Virus record (IMG/VR): IMGVR_UViG_3300005337_000002
Source of the DNA: a virus
Direction: 5' to 3' (one strand)
DNA: 64,000 bases
The position numbers were made by a program, and so were the translations under genes. A model generated the notes under the pieces. The model searched no databases, was not told the origin of the DNA, and worked only from the letters and a program-made list of their open reading frames with translations. Of this stretch, positions 28,308-38,362 are shown in pieces (the stretch's first letter is position 1; each line of letters begins with the position of its first letter).

Positions 28308-28375
28308 AGGGCCGTCGCGTATGGCGGCGCAACGGCGGCACTCTACCACACTTTGCGTACTGAGGAAAGGGGGAA

Positions 28376-28774
28376 ATGGTGGCGGATGCGAAAACCCGGC
28401 GGCGGGAACGGTTAGAGCGCCAGCGCCAGGCCCTGGCGGAGCAGGAAGCGCGGGCGCTCGAAGCGGAACGTAGGAAGCGTGACGAGCGCACCAAGGCCAA
28501 GCGTGACCTTGCCGCCGAGTCCCGTGAGATTGATCGCCTCGACCGCGACGAACGCCGGTTGACACTGGGGATTCTCGCGGATGACGCGGGCCTCTATGGG
28601 ATTGACGAGACGCTGCTGCGCCGGGCGTTTCGCGTGCTCGGGATTCTCGATAAATGTCCGGGCGGGCTGGGGCCGGTGCTGGAAGACCTGGAAGCCCAGG
28701 CGCAGCTCGATGATACGTTTGCGCTCGATGAAGCCTCTGTCCATGGGCGACAGGGTTCGATAACCTCTGTATAA
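28376..28774 (+). CDS. Coiled-coil protein resembling Ti-plasmid TraC/TraD-type relaxosome accessory proteins
   Basis: RRLTLGILADDAGLYGIDETLLRRAF. Confidence 0.5.
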   Translation: MVADAKTRRRERLERQRQALAEQEARALEAERRKRDERTKAKRDLAAESREIDRLDRDERRLTLGILADDAGLYGIDETLLRRAFRVLGILDKCPGGLGPVLEDLEAQAQLDDTFALDEASVHGRQGSITSV

Positions 28775-28787
28775 AAGGAATGACGGA

Positions 28788-29393
28788 ATGGGACTGCTTA
28801 TCGCGATTGGCTTCTTTTTCTTGTGCGGGTGGTTACTGAGCGGCTTTCCGCTTCTTACCGTGCGCTCCCCCAAATCCCAGAACCTTCAGCGCAAGGATTT
28901 CGGCATGCTTCTCGTGCTGGGCGCCCTCGTAGGCACGAGTCTGCTGCCGGTGTCCGTGCTGCATGCTTCCACGATGAAGGGCACGCCGATTGACATTGAT
29001 GGGATTGATGATGCCGCGGCCACGGTAGACAAGCAAACCAAGAGTGGCGCAGGCTATATCTTTGCAGTCGCCGGCTGCTTCGGGGGTCTGGGCGCTCTCA
29101 TGATGGGTTATCCGATGAGTGGCGCCACGACTGCCGCGGGCAGCGTGGGAACGGTCTTTGTCTCCCGCATTATCAATTCCGCGCAGAGTACGGCGCCTGC
29201 CGCAACACCAGACCTCCTCCAGACGCTCTCGCCTGATGCCTGGTGGGCACCATTCACCGTGCCGCTGTATCTTCCCCTGCTCCTGCTCCAACTCATGCGC
29301 CAGCCGACCTTCTGGGTCTGTCTCGCCCTGGCACTGCTCCTCGTGCGTACCCTGCATCGGCGCGGGTACAGTTTGTTCGGGCAGGTGGCGTGA
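28788..29393 (+). CDS. Pilin-like membrane protein
   Basis: Signal peptide-like segment plus hydrophobic helices; position before traL. Confidence 0.5.
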   Translation: MGLLIAIGFFFLCGWLLSGFPLLTVRSPKSQNLQRKDFGMLLVLGALVGTSLLPVSVLHASTMKGTPIDIDGIDDAAATVDKQTKSGAGYIFAVAGCFGGLGALMMGYPMSGATTAAGSVGTVFVSRIINSAQSTAPAATPDLLQTLSPDAWWAPFTVPLYLPLLLLQLMRQPTFWVCLALALLLVRTLHRRGYSLFGQVA

Positions 29394-29680
29394 TGTGGGT
29401 GCCCTGTCCGACTGTCCTGGATGATCCGGTGATGCTCTATGAGGTCGAGTTTGATGATCTCTGCGTGTTGCTGGCTCTCTGCTTTGTCCTGAGCCTGGTC
29501 ATCGATATTCTGGTTGCGCTGGGGCTGCTCATCGTGAGCGGCCTTGGCCTGCGCTTTGCTAAACGCGGCAAGCCCGCCGGAGCACTCCTGCACGCGCTGC
29601 ATGATCTTGCGCTGATTCCCTTACCCGGCATCATGTCACCGCGTGGACAGACCTACTCTCCGTGGGGAGACGCGGCATGA
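29393..29680 (+). CDS. traL: TraL/VirB3-like protein
   Basis: CPTVLDDP...EFDD, TM segments, KRGKPAGALLHALH. Confidence 0.75.
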   Translation: MWVPCPTVLDDPVMLYEVEFDDLCVLLALCFVLSLVIDILVALGLLIVSGLGLRFAKRGKPAGALLHALHDLALIPLPGIMSPRGQTYSPWGDAA

Positions 29681-30288
29681 TGGGCACAACGCCTGACCGC
29701 GAGTTGGCCTATATCACGCATCTAGAGGGACAGGTCACGCGCTTGCAGTGGACGGTGGTGCTCCTGTCGCTCCCCTTGACGATCCTGGCAGGCATGGTCG
29801 GCTGGGCGTGGGTGCGTGGCCTGCCTGCGTATTTCATCCCCCCGGGCGGACCAGGGATTGTGCGCCCGGGCGTCATCCTCGACTCGGTCGCCCTCGACTT
29901 TGCCAGTGAGGCACTCGCCCATCGCTACACCTTTACCCCCGCGACGTTTGCCCAGGTACAGACTGATTTTCAGGCGCTCCTGCATCCGAGTATGTTGCCG
30001 GACTTTGAGGCACGCCGCGCCAAGGAAGTGGTACTGGTGAAGGAGTACCATCTGGGGATGCAAACGACGGTAGCGGCTAACACCGCTCGCATTGCTAGCC
30101 GGAATGGCGAGCGTATCACGGTGGCCCTGGAAGGTCGACGCATGGTCTGGATTGGCAGTAGCGTCGTGCGGGAAGAGGTCCTCACGGCTTCGCTGATACT
30201 GGCGCCCTGGCGTGTGCATGGGCAGCCGTCCGGTCTCGTGCTTGTGGGGATGAGCGTCGCTCCCCCCTTCAGCGTGTCTGGCCCCTAG
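29677..30288 (+). CDS. traE: TraE-like protein
   Basis: Single TM, FIPPG, YTFTPAT; L-E-K-B gene order. Confidence 0.7.
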   Translation: MMGTTPDRELAYITHLEGQVTRLQWTVVLLSLPLTILAGMVGWAWVRGLPAYFIPPGGPGIVRPGVILDSVALDFASEALAHRYTFTPATFAQVQTDFQALLHPSMLPDFEARRAKEVVLVKEYHLGMQTTVAANTARIASRNGERITVALEGRRMVWIGSSVVREEVLTASLILAPWRVHGQPSGLVLVGMSVAPPFSVSGP

Positions 30289-30334
30289 CGGGGCTTGTGT
30301 ACTTCTGCTCTCCTCATCTGTAGGAGGTGTACCC

Positions 30335-31057
30335 TTGCGCTGTCCTCTTCTTCTCATGCTCGTCCTCTGTCTGCTTCCTCCTGTTGCCCTCGCCGCTCGT
30401 ACCGTGACGGTTACGGATGGCCCGATTGTCATCAAGCTGGAACTCCGCCAAACCACCGCCATCGTCTTCCCCGAAGCGATCCACTTTGTCTCCTTTGGGT
30501 TGACCGAACAGCAATTGTCCCCGGACTACAAAGGGGCTTACCTGTTTCTGATCCCGCTCACCGAGGATGCCATCGGTCGCGTCTTTGTTCTGGGGGAAGA
30601 GAGCGGTACGCTCTACCATCTGCGCCTCACGCAAGGCACGCCCGGGGATGACCTGGTGCGCGTGACGACCAAGACCGCGCAGCCGCCCCCGGTGCCGCTC
30701 TCCCTCGCATCGCTGCTGCGTCTCTGGCGCACGGGGCAGTCCATCCCTACACAAGCACCAGCGGAGATTCCACTGCCGAATTTTACAGATGCGCGGCTCG
30801 CCCTGGGTGAGCATCAGGCGGTGCAGGTCCAGCAGACTATCGGACTGTCGCTGGTGGTACGGAACCTGACGCCCCATCCCCTGGCGCTCGATCTCCGGGT
30901 CGGCCTGGACCAGTCAAGTCCAGGGGAGGATCGTGTCCTGCTCAGTACCTGGACCTGGCCGCCCCGCTTGACTATCAAGGCGCTGAGCGCGGACCCTGAG
31001 ATTGTGCCGCCCGAAGGGCAGACACGGCTGACCATTCTCTTCCAAGCGAGGCCGTGA
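30335..31057 (+). CDS. traK: TraK/VirB9-like protein
   Basis: Signal peptide, TAIVFPE, gene order. Confidence 0.65.
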   Translation: MRCPLLLMLVLCLLPPVALAARTVTVTDGPIVIKLELRQTTAIVFPEAIHFVSFGLTEQQLSPDYKGAYLFLIPLTEDAIGRVFVLGEESGTLYHLRLTQGTPGDDLVRVTTKTAQPPPVPLSLASLLRLWRTGQSIPTQAPAEIPLPNFTDARLALGEHQAVQVQQTIGLSLVVRNLTPHPLALDLRVGLDQSSPGEDRVLLSTWTWPPRLTIKALSADPEIVPPEGQTRLTILFQARP

Positions 31058-31060
31058 CCT

Positions 31061-32314
31061 ATGGCCCTCCATCCGGCCCTTGCGAAACTGCGGATCTTTG
31101 CCCAGCGGCATCCGGTGCTGGCCCTGTTGAGTCTCGGCGGCCTGGGTGCGGCCCTCTATTATGGGTCCGATCTGGTGGCCGGAACCCCGGCGCCTGTGCC
31201 CCGCACGAAACCGGCGCAGGCCCAGACCGTGCCAGGCCTCGGCGCCGAGCGCAGCAATCTGGAAAAGCAACTCCTGACGCTGCAGCAACAGCTGGCCACG
31301 ACGCAGCAGGAACGCAAGGAGGAGCAGCAGGTGTTACGCCAACTCCAGCAACAACTCACGCAGGGCCAGCGGGACGAGGAGCAGAAGCGCCAAGCCTTTA
31401 CGAAGCAGATGGAGGGCGTGGTGACGACCGCCCAGCAACAGATTGCGCAGGCGATCCAGGCCGCGACCCGCCAGGCGGACCAGCAGCGGAAGTCCGTGAC
31501 GCCCACTGGGGGCAGCACCGCCCGCACTCCTGCCCGTCCCGCACCCACCCTGCCTGTGCAAGCTGGGGCGCCGCCGACCCCGAAAGCGGTCATTTTGCAG
31601 CATGCACCCGGACAGGCGAGCGAGCCACGACCCCCACTTCCCCTGTCTCCAGAGACGCCCCAGCTTGCCGCCGGCTGCTTTGCGCGCATGCGGGTGATTA
31701 CCGGCGTGATGGCGACCCCGGTGGGCGGACAGGATTGGTGGCAACGCGGCTTACCTGTGCTCATGAGTGTCACCGATGCCTTTGCCTGTCCCCATCAACT
31801 CCAAGGCCCAGGGCGGGCGCCGCTGCCCACCAGTGTGCCGCTGCAAGGCTGCTTTGCCTTTGGCCGCACGAAGGCGGATCTGAGTGCCAGTCGGGCCATT
31901 ATCGCGCTGGATACCCTGAGTTGCGTCTTTCCCAGCGGCGCCTCGTTTGAGCAGCCGATTAAGGGGTATGTCACGGATGCGGACGGCACGCTGGGGTTGG
32001 TCGGCACCGTCGAGACCCACGATTCCGCCAAGATCGCCAAGGTCTTTCTGACGGCGCTCGCGCAAGAAGCGTCCTCGGCGTTTGGCCTGGCGCGGGCGAG
32101 TGTCATTGTCGCCCCAACGAGTGGCGGCGGGCAACAGCCCTTTCAGGGCACCCAAACCCTGTTGCAACAGATCGGGAGCTTCTGGCTGGAACAGGCGAAG
32201 AATCTCTTGCCGACGCTCTGGGTGCCGAGCACGACGCCCGGGTGGGTCGTGCTGCAAGAAGGCTTGCCGCTGGAGGATTTCCCCACGTATGTCACCCTCA
32301 CCGGAGGACGCTAA
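31061..32314 (+). CDS. traB: TraB/VirB10-like protein
   Basis: TM, coiled coil, Pro-rich linker, GCFAFG..ADLSASRA...LSCV...KGYVTDADGTLGLVG. Confidence 0.88.
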   Translation: MALHPALAKLRIFAQRHPVLALLSLGGLGAALYYGSDLVAGTPAPVPRTKPAQAQTVPGLGAERSNLEKQLLTLQQQLATTQQERKEEQQVLRQLQQQLTQGQRDEEQKRQAFTKQMEGVVTTAQQQIAQAIQAATRQADQQRKSVTPTGGSTARTPARPAPTLPVQAGAPPTPKAVILQHAPGQASEPRPPLPLSPETPQLAAGCFARMRVITGVMATPVGGQDWWQRGLPVLMSVTDAFACPHQLQGPGRAPLPTSVPLQGCFAFGRTKADLSASRAIIALDTLSCVFPSGASFEQPIKGYVTDADGTLGLVGTVETHDSAKIAKVFLTALAQEASSAFGLARASVIVAPTSGGGQQPFQGTQTLLQQIGSFWLEQAKNLLPTLWVPSTTPGWVVLQEGLPLEDFPTYVTLTGGR

Positions 32315-32802
32315 TGGTTGGCCGTCTTATTGCGCTCAGTCTGCTCAGCCTGTTTCCGCTAGCCTGCACCAGTGTCTTGCAAGGCGAACCCGTCGACCTG
32401 GCTGTGGTCGCCACGCCGACGCCGCCCGCGCCCGCCGTACTCCCTCCGCCCACGCTTGCGCCTGGTCCCACGCCGCCTGCTGGCAGCTTTCGTGCCTGGG
32501 TGCCGCGGGAAGTCACAGCGAATGGCGATGTGATCGACGGACACTATCTCCTTGTCAGTACCGCTCCACCCCCTGCGGAACGCCTCGAACCGCCCGTGCC
32601 AATGCCCCGCATTCCGAAACCCACGCGGGCCAAGCCGAAGCCGCAACCCAAGCCTACCACGCAACCACCGTCCCCCACAGAGTCGATGCCGGGGCCGGTG
32701 CGCCCGGAGGGCCAGCCGCCGCTCCCCTTTGTGTGGGGGGATCGGGCGCAGTTGCCGCCTGGCGTGCTCGTGCCAGTGCCCCATCTTGACGGAGGACGCT
32801 AG
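32314..32802 (+). CDS. traV: TraV-like lipoprotein
   Basis: Lipobox PLAC; FRAWVP...NGDVIDGHYL. Confidence 0.7.
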   Translation: MVGRLIALSLLSLFPLACTSVLQGEPVDLAVVATPTPPAPAVLPPPTLAPGPTPPAGSFRAWVPREVTANGDVIDGHYLLVSTAPPPAERLEPPVPMPRIPKPTRAKPKPQPKPTTQPPSPTESMPGPVRPEGQPPLPFVWGDRAQLPPGVLVPVPHLDGGR

Positions 32803-32806
32803 CCCG

Positions 32807-35386
32807 ATGGTCGGCTTTCTGCATGCAGACCCCTATGCCATGCCGCCCTTTGCGCGGTTGTTACCGCACGGGTTGATCCTCAACCAGGCGGCCGGCATTG
32901 GCCTGCTCTCCACGCCGATGCCCCGCTGGAAACGCCCGAGTCTCGCCCTGGGCTGTGCTTGGGATGTCGTGCCGCGCAATATCGATGTCTGTGATGAGTC
33001 GGTCTGTCTCGACATGGCTCGGCTGCATGAAGGGCTTCTTAAAACATTGCCAGTCGGGGCAGCGCTCCAAGTCCTGATGACCATCCTTCCCGCGACGAGC
33101 ATGCCCGCCTGGGAAGCCCTGCGCCGGGAGTGTCGCACTGACGCCGTGGTGCAAGCGCAGTGTGCGGCCATGCAGCAGGGACTCCCCTATCGCGAGGGCC
33201 CCACAATGGGCGGGCTACGGACGGTGCTTACCACGGTCACGGTGCGGCTGCCGATTGCCCATATCCATCCGGCCATTGCGCCGCTCCTCAAGACGGTGCA
33301 GCGCCTTTCTATGGCGCATCGTCCCTCGCTGGCTGATACGCTCACGTCAGCCTTTGCTGAGACCCTGACGCAGCTTGACGGTCTGCGCCGGGCCAGCGCG
33401 GAAACGCTCCAGGCCGCCGGCCATGCCGTGCACGTGCTGTCTGGCATGGATCTTGGGCAGCGCCTCGCGCTGTTGCTGGATCCCTTTGCCCCCGGCACGC
33501 CCGCGTTGCAGGCGGATGAACCCCTCCGCACGCAGGTCCTCACGCGCCCCATGACACAGATCGCGGGTGGCATCCAGGTTGGTGAGGCTACCGTGGCCCA
33601 GGTTCTGTCACTCCAGCGTGCCCCGGCGCATACGTATCCCGGCATCCTCTGTGCCCCGCGTGTGCCTGCCCAGCAACCCGCCATACCAACGGTCGAACCG
33701 CTTGCCCTCTGGCAGGCGCATCCTGGTCCGTTGACCCTCGCGGTGCAGGTGGCCGTCGTGGATTCCGAGGCTGAGAAAAGTCGCCTCAAGCTCAAGCGCA
33801 TGCTGGCAGGCTTGCATGGGAAGGGGAGCGTCGAGAATGCGGCCCTCAAGAAACAGTTAGACAGTCTTCTTGAAACCTTTTTCTTGACCGGTGGCGAGTT
33901 ACACTGGGGGCGGGTCCATGTTGTCGCGTGGGGCACGCCCGCCATCGTCGCCCGCAGCCTGGAAGAAGTGCAGCGCCGGGGGCGCAAGTTGGGACTGGAA
34001 CTACTCGCCGAGACGGGCGCACTTGGCAGTACCTTGTTGCTCCAAACACTCCCGCTGGGGTTTGACCCGGCCTGGCCCGCCGAGCGGGTCATTCAGCGTG
34101 CGCGCCGCCTCCCTGGTGCCCAACTTGCCCATCTGCTGCCACTCTATGGGAGCTTTCACGGCACCGAGACCCCAGTGGTCGCGTATACGAATCAGCGCGG
34201 CGAGGCGGTCGGGGTGCATGTCTTCGATAGTGCGACGAATCCCCATATGATCTGGACGGGGACGAGTGGCGCAGGCAAAACGTTTGGCGTCGCGCATTTT
34301 GCGAATCAGGTCTTGCCGCTTGGCGGGAGCATGGTCATTCTTGATCCACTGGCAAACTACCGGGAACTCTGTGCGGTCCATGGGGGCACCTATGTCAAGC
34401 TGGACTTCAATCACCCGCTGGCCCTCAATCCCTTTGCTGGGGCCCTCGACAATGCCCATGCCGCCTTTCTCACCGCCTCGCTGGCCGAAATGGCCAGTGG
34501 CGGGATTGAGCGGCTGACTTGGGAAGCCTTTAGCGTGTTAGCCACGGCCGTCAGTCACTTGTGTCTGACCTGGGACCGCCAGCGGGGGGAACCGACACTC
34601 GGGCGCTTTGTCGAGGAGGTGCTCCAGGACGGCGGCTTTAGTCCGAAGGATCGCCATGCCCAGCGACTGGCCCAGCAGATTGCGCGCAAACTGAGTCTCT
34701 ACTACGGCACGGGCCAGTACGCCGGGTTTATCGACGGCCCGAATCAGTTTCATGTCGATCCGAAGCTGACCGTGATTGAGTTGTCCCAACTGAGTAAAAC
34801 CTCCGATCTGCAAGCCGTGCTCTTCTTTGCGCTGTTCCATCTTGTGACGCAGTTCTTTGAAGATCCGGTGCGCTTCTATCAGTGGAAATTTATCGTGGCG
34901 GATGAAACGTGGGCGCTCCTCAAGCATGCCCAGACCGCGGATGTGATTGAGAAGATCATTCGGACCTACCGGAACATCAAAACGAGCGCCATCTTTCTCT
35001 CCCAGCGCGTCGAGGATTTTGACTCCCCGGTGGGGAAGGTGATCTTGGGCCTCGTCGATACGACGCTGTTTCTGCAGCCGCAAGAGGGCGAGCTGCCGAA
35101 GATTCAGCGCCTCTTTCAACTGACGGACGCCGAATGCCAGTTGGTGCGGCAGGTGCGCAAGCATGCCGGCTGGAGTAGTGCCTATCTGCGGCTTGCCAAC
35201 GGGCACGGCGGGATGGTGCGGCTTATCCCGGATCGTTTTCTCCAACTCCAGCAAAGCCAGGACAGTGCGATTGCGCAGCGCCGCACCCAGGCCATTGCCG
35301 AGGCCCGGGGCAATGTGCGCGCGGCGATTGCGGCCATGCTTCAGGAAGAGGCCGCTTCGACGTCTGCTCCCTCAACACTTCTATGA
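32807..35386 (+). CDS. traC: TraC/VirB4 ATPase
   Basis: Walker A GTSGAGKT, ILDP..NY, LNPF, Walker B VADETW, FLSQ. Confidence 0.92.
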   Translation: MVGFLHADPYAMPPFARLLPHGLILNQAAGIGLLSTPMPRWKRPSLALGCAWDVVPRNIDVCDESVCLDMARLHEGLLKTLPVGAALQVLMTILPATSMPAWEALRRECRTDAVVQAQCAAMQQGLPYREGPTMGGLRTVLTTVTVRLPIAHIHPAIAPLLKTVQRLSMAHRPSLADTLTSAFAETLTQLDGLRRASAETLQAAGHAVHVLSGMDLGQRLALLLDPFAPGTPALQADEPLRTQVLTRPMTQIAGGIQVGEATVAQVLSLQRAPAHTYPGILCAPRVPAQQPAIPTVEPLALWQAHPGPLTLAVQVAVVDSEAEKSRLKLKRMLAGLHGKGSVENAALKKQLDSLLETFFLTGGELHWGRVHVVAWGTPAIVARSLEEVQRRGRKLGLELLAETGALGSTLLLQTLPLGFDPAWPAERVIQRARRLPGAQLAHLLPLYGSFHGTETPVVAYTNQRGEAVGVHVFDSATNPHMIWTGTSGAGKTFGVAHFANQVLPLGGSMVILDPLANYRELCAVHGGTYVKLDFNHPLALNPFAGALDNAHAAFLTASLAEMASGGIERLTWEAFSVLATAVSHLCLTWDRQRGEPTLGRFVEEVLQDGGFSPKDRHAQRLAQQIARKLSLYYGTGQYAGFIDGPNQFHVDPKLTVIELSQLSKTSDLQAVLFFALFHLVTQFFEDPVRFYQWKFIVADETWALLKHAQTADVIEKIIRTYRNIKTSAIFLSQRVEDFDSPVGKVILGLVDTTLFLQPQEGELPKIQRLFQLTDAECQLVRQVRKHAGWSSAYLRLANGHGGMVRLIPDRFLQLQQSQDSAIAQRRTQAIAEARGNVRAAIAAMLQEEAASTSAPSTLL

Positions 35387-35609
35387 GACAGTGAGGTACT
35401 ATGGCCGCGATTAGCGGGATTCCCACGCGGGCGTTAGCAGAGGCGATTCGGAATCTTCTTGTGGAGCATGGGTATCATCATAGCCTCCGCATCCGGTATC
35501 GCGCGGATCTCCAACTCTGGACGGTGTATGGCTTTGAGTATCGCGGCAAAGATCCTCGCATCAAAGGGTGGGACCGTCGCATGCAAGAAGAGTTAGGGTA
35601 GCGACGCCA

Positions 35610-36080
35610 ATGCATGATCCGCGCCCCGTCAAATTACTCGTACTGCTCTCGCTCCTGAGCCTGTGCTTGCTGGCCGTCTGGTGGGCGTGGCAGGATACGG
35701 GAACGCGGCAGACCATGCTCCTGGCTATCTGGCAGGCCGAGCAGCCGACGACGCTGCCCCCCTCGGCACTCCTGGACCAGGCCCAATGGCTGGTCCTGCA
35801 CCGCTGGGGACACCTGCAAGGGATGGCGCTCCTCCTCGCCACGGCGCTCCTCCTCGGCGTGTGTGAGGGTAGCTGGCATCGGGCGCGCGATCCGCTCGGC
35901 GGTTTTCGCCTGACGCGCTGGACAGTCGGGGTCCTCGGGCTGGCGCTCGGGGTGGGGGCGGTCGCGGGGTATCTGTGCGCCCCGGTGGTCTTGCCGCTGG
36001 GATGGTGTGCAGGGGGATTCGCGGGACTGCTAGGGCTGGTAGGGTTTGCGCTAGCGCACGGCAGGCCATACGTCAGCTAA
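35610..36080 (+). CDS. Transfer-region membrane protein (DUF4400-like)
   Basis: Several TM segments; LGVCEGSWHR. Confidence 0.55.
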   Translation: MHDPRPVKLLVLLSLLSLCLLAVWWAWQDTGTRQTMLLAIWQAEQPTTLPPSALLDQAQWLVLHRWGHLQGMALLLATALLLGVCEGSWHRARDPLGGFRLTRWTVGVLGLALGVGAVAGYLCAPVVLPLGWCAGGFAGLLGLVGFALAHGRPYVS

Positions 36081-36193
36081 ATGCTTGTAGTGTAAGGGGA
36101 AATCGTGTATACTCGGCAGGTCTACAACGTATCGGGCGGATGGGGCGAATCATCCACCCGGATACTTAACGTTGGTCCTAACTAGGAGCACCA

Positions 36194-37093
36194 ATGTCTA
36201 CCGCTATTGTAGCACGTCGCTGCCCGCTCTGCATTAATGATCCTCGCGAGTTTCATGTAAGTTCAAAGCCCTATACAGAGGATTTAACTGGGCAATCATG
36301 TGAACGACTTTCCGTCAATCACTTCGTTGGCTCGAATCGTCATCGGCAAGCCTATTGGTGTTGCTCCTGCCTCTGTGGCGGATCGGCTGTCATCCTTGCG
36401 TATCGCTTCATTCATAAGAAAACACGCTCCTGCGGATGTCTTGTTAAAGAGAATGTCAACGCTGGGCAATTTCAGTCAACGCACGGCATGACCGATACGC
36501 GCATTTTCAAGATATGGAGCGGCATGTTGACGCGATGCTATAACGAAAAGAGTCTTGATTATCCGCGCTATGGGGGTCGTGGGATTACGGTGTGTGAACG
36601 CTGGCGCACCTCCTTTGCCGCGTTCTATGCAGACGTCGGCGATCCGCCTGATGGGATGACAATGGATCGCAAGGACAATATGCGTGGCTATGAACCTGAC
36701 AATATCAAATGGAGTACACCGCTGGAGCAAAGTAATAATAAGCGGAACAACGTCTATCTCGACTATAACGGTGAACGTCATACGATCGCTGAGTGGTCAC
36801 GGCTCATCGGTATTTCCGCTATAACCTTATATGCCAGGAAAGAGCAAGGATGGTCTGATGAAGCTATCCTCACGTCTCCGCTTCGACCTTGTCGCCCACG
36901 AGGCAAGATTGTGCGCACGGGCATCACTCTCACGTTTGACGGAGAAACGCATACCGTTGCGGAATGGGCACAGAAGCTCGGTATGGGCGAAATGACCTTG
37001 CGTTCTCGTCTCAAACACGGGATGCCGCTCACCGAGGCATTAACGCGACCTGTCGCTCCCTATCGTGGAGCCCACCGCCAGAAAGGGCACTAA
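36194..37093 (+). CDS. HNH-type homing endonuclease inserted in the transfer operon
   Basis: CSCLCG, SCGC, W..M..RC, YGGRGI.VCERW, DRKDN..Y.P.N..W, two T.AEW helical repeats; lower GC. Confidence 0.85.
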   Translation: MSTAIVARRCPLCINDPREFHVSSKPYTEDLTGQSCERLSVNHFVGSNRHRQAYWCCSCLCGGSAVILAYRFIHKKTRSCGCLVKENVNAGQFQSTHGMTDTRIFKIWSGMLTRCYNEKSLDYPRYGGRGITVCERWRTSFAAFYADVGDPPDGMTMDRKDNMRGYEPDNIKWSTPLEQSNNKRNNVYLDYNGERHTIAEWSRLIGISAITLYARKEQGWSDEAILTSPLRPCRPRGKIVRTGITLTFDGETHTVAEWAQKLGMGEMTLRSRLKHGMPLTEALTRPVAPYRGAHRQKGH

Positions 37094-37094
37094 C

Positions 37095-38357
37095 ATGACG
37101 GGGTTCTCACCATACAGCGTTGTTCTTGTGAGTGCCATAATGCTTGCACTGCCAATGTCCGTCGCTGCAGATCTCTGGGATACAGCGCGACGGTCGATAA
37201 AAACGGATACGTATGACACTTCGGGCTACGGTATGCGAGGTGGGGTGAATCTCTCGACCGGCACACAGCCAAGTAGTACGACATTATTCCGTGCCACAGG
37301 GCATGTCGGCGGGACGTGTGGCGCGTTCGATTTTGCTGGCAGTCTCAAGGAGGGACTTGAGCAAATTCCTGCGATGATCGAGGGGCTCAGTCAGCAATTA
37401 TTGACTAATATGCCCATGCTTATTCTTTGTTGGGCTAGTCCTACTAGTTGTGACCTCGCGAAGCACTTCCAGGGGCTCGTGTCTGCGGCGATCAATGCCC
37501 GCTATGCCAGTTGTCAGTCCAGTCAGAATGCCGCGATGTATGCGGGGTTACGCTTGCGCGCGGGCGAGGTCTCGCGCTGCTTAGAGGAGCATGCCAATGC
37601 TGGGGATACCATCTCCGAAGCCCTGCGCACCTGCAACAGCGATCCGTCTGACCTACGCGCCCCCGATGGCTCCCGCCGGGTCGAGGTCAATCTGGTCAAG
37701 GATACCCTCGCTGCAGCCGGCGCCAGTACCGAGACGCAAACCCTCGCCCGTGGCTTGCTTGGCGAAGTCACCTTGCGCGCGGGCCAGGGCTATAATGTCG
37801 ACTATAGCCATCCCCAAGCGGCCCTCATGAGCCGCTACGAGAGCCATAAGGCGGATGCCGATGCGGCCCTGCGCCAGGCGGTGACGGAACTGCAACAGAC
37901 GGGGGCTATCTCACCCCAGACGCTCCAAGACGCCTCTGTCCCCGGTCAGTCCCTCCCGCGCGCGGCCCTCGATGCCCTCGTGACGCTCCAGGCCGACCCG
38001 GTGCGCTACGAAGCGCTCCTCGGCAAGCTCAGCACCGGCATGGCCCTGACACGGCTCACGTGGGACTGTAGCGAGTTGCAAGAGACGCTGATGGCCGCCG
38101 CCCAGGGCAACGCGCACCTCAGTGACGAAGAGCGCCGGGTGCTGGAGCAGAAGTATCAGTCCGTGCAGCGAGCATTGGCGCAACTCATGGCGAAAACGGA
38201 GGTGCTGGAGAAGAGCTATCAACCGGCGGTCGATGCCCTCTTGCGGGAATACACGGCCACGCAAGAGCAGGCCATCCGCCTCGGCATCACCGCCCCGACA
38301 CTCACCACGCCGCCCATGCCCTTTCGCGGGGCAGGGCCAGCGGGCTATGGAAGGTAG
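37095..38357 (+). CDS. Exported conjugative protein (TraH / PFL_4711-like)
   Basis: Signal peptide, TCGAFDF, PMLILC...P..CDL...ASCQ. Confidence 0.65.
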   Translation: MTGFSPYSVVLVSAIMLALPMSVAADLWDTARRSIKTDTYDTSGYGMRGGVNLSTGTQPSSTTLFRATGHVGGTCGAFDFAGSLKEGLEQIPAMIEGLSQQLLTNMPMLILCWASPTSCDLAKHFQGLVSAAINARYASCQSSQNAAMYAGLRLRAGEVSRCLEEHANAGDTISEALRTCNSDPSDLRAPDGSRRVEVNLVKDTLAAAGASTETQTLARGLLGEVTLRAGQGYNVDYSHPQAALMSRYESHKADADAALRQAVTELQQTGAISPQTLQDASVPGQSLPRAALDALVTLQADPVRYEALLGKLSTGMALTRLTWDCSELQETLMAAAQGNAHLSDEERRVLEQKYQSVQRALAQLMAKTEVLEKSYQPAVDALLREYTATQEQAIRLGITAPTLTTPPMPFRGAGPAGYGR

Positions 38358-38362
38358 TCACT

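Noticed and set aside
27955-28375. MOBQ/MOBP-type oriT beside the TraC/D-like gene
   Set aside because: Only weak hairpins, with no recognisable nic consensus.
36194-37093. HNH gene as part of a group I intron
   Set aside because: Flanking genes look complete and I found no intron core; treated as free-standing.
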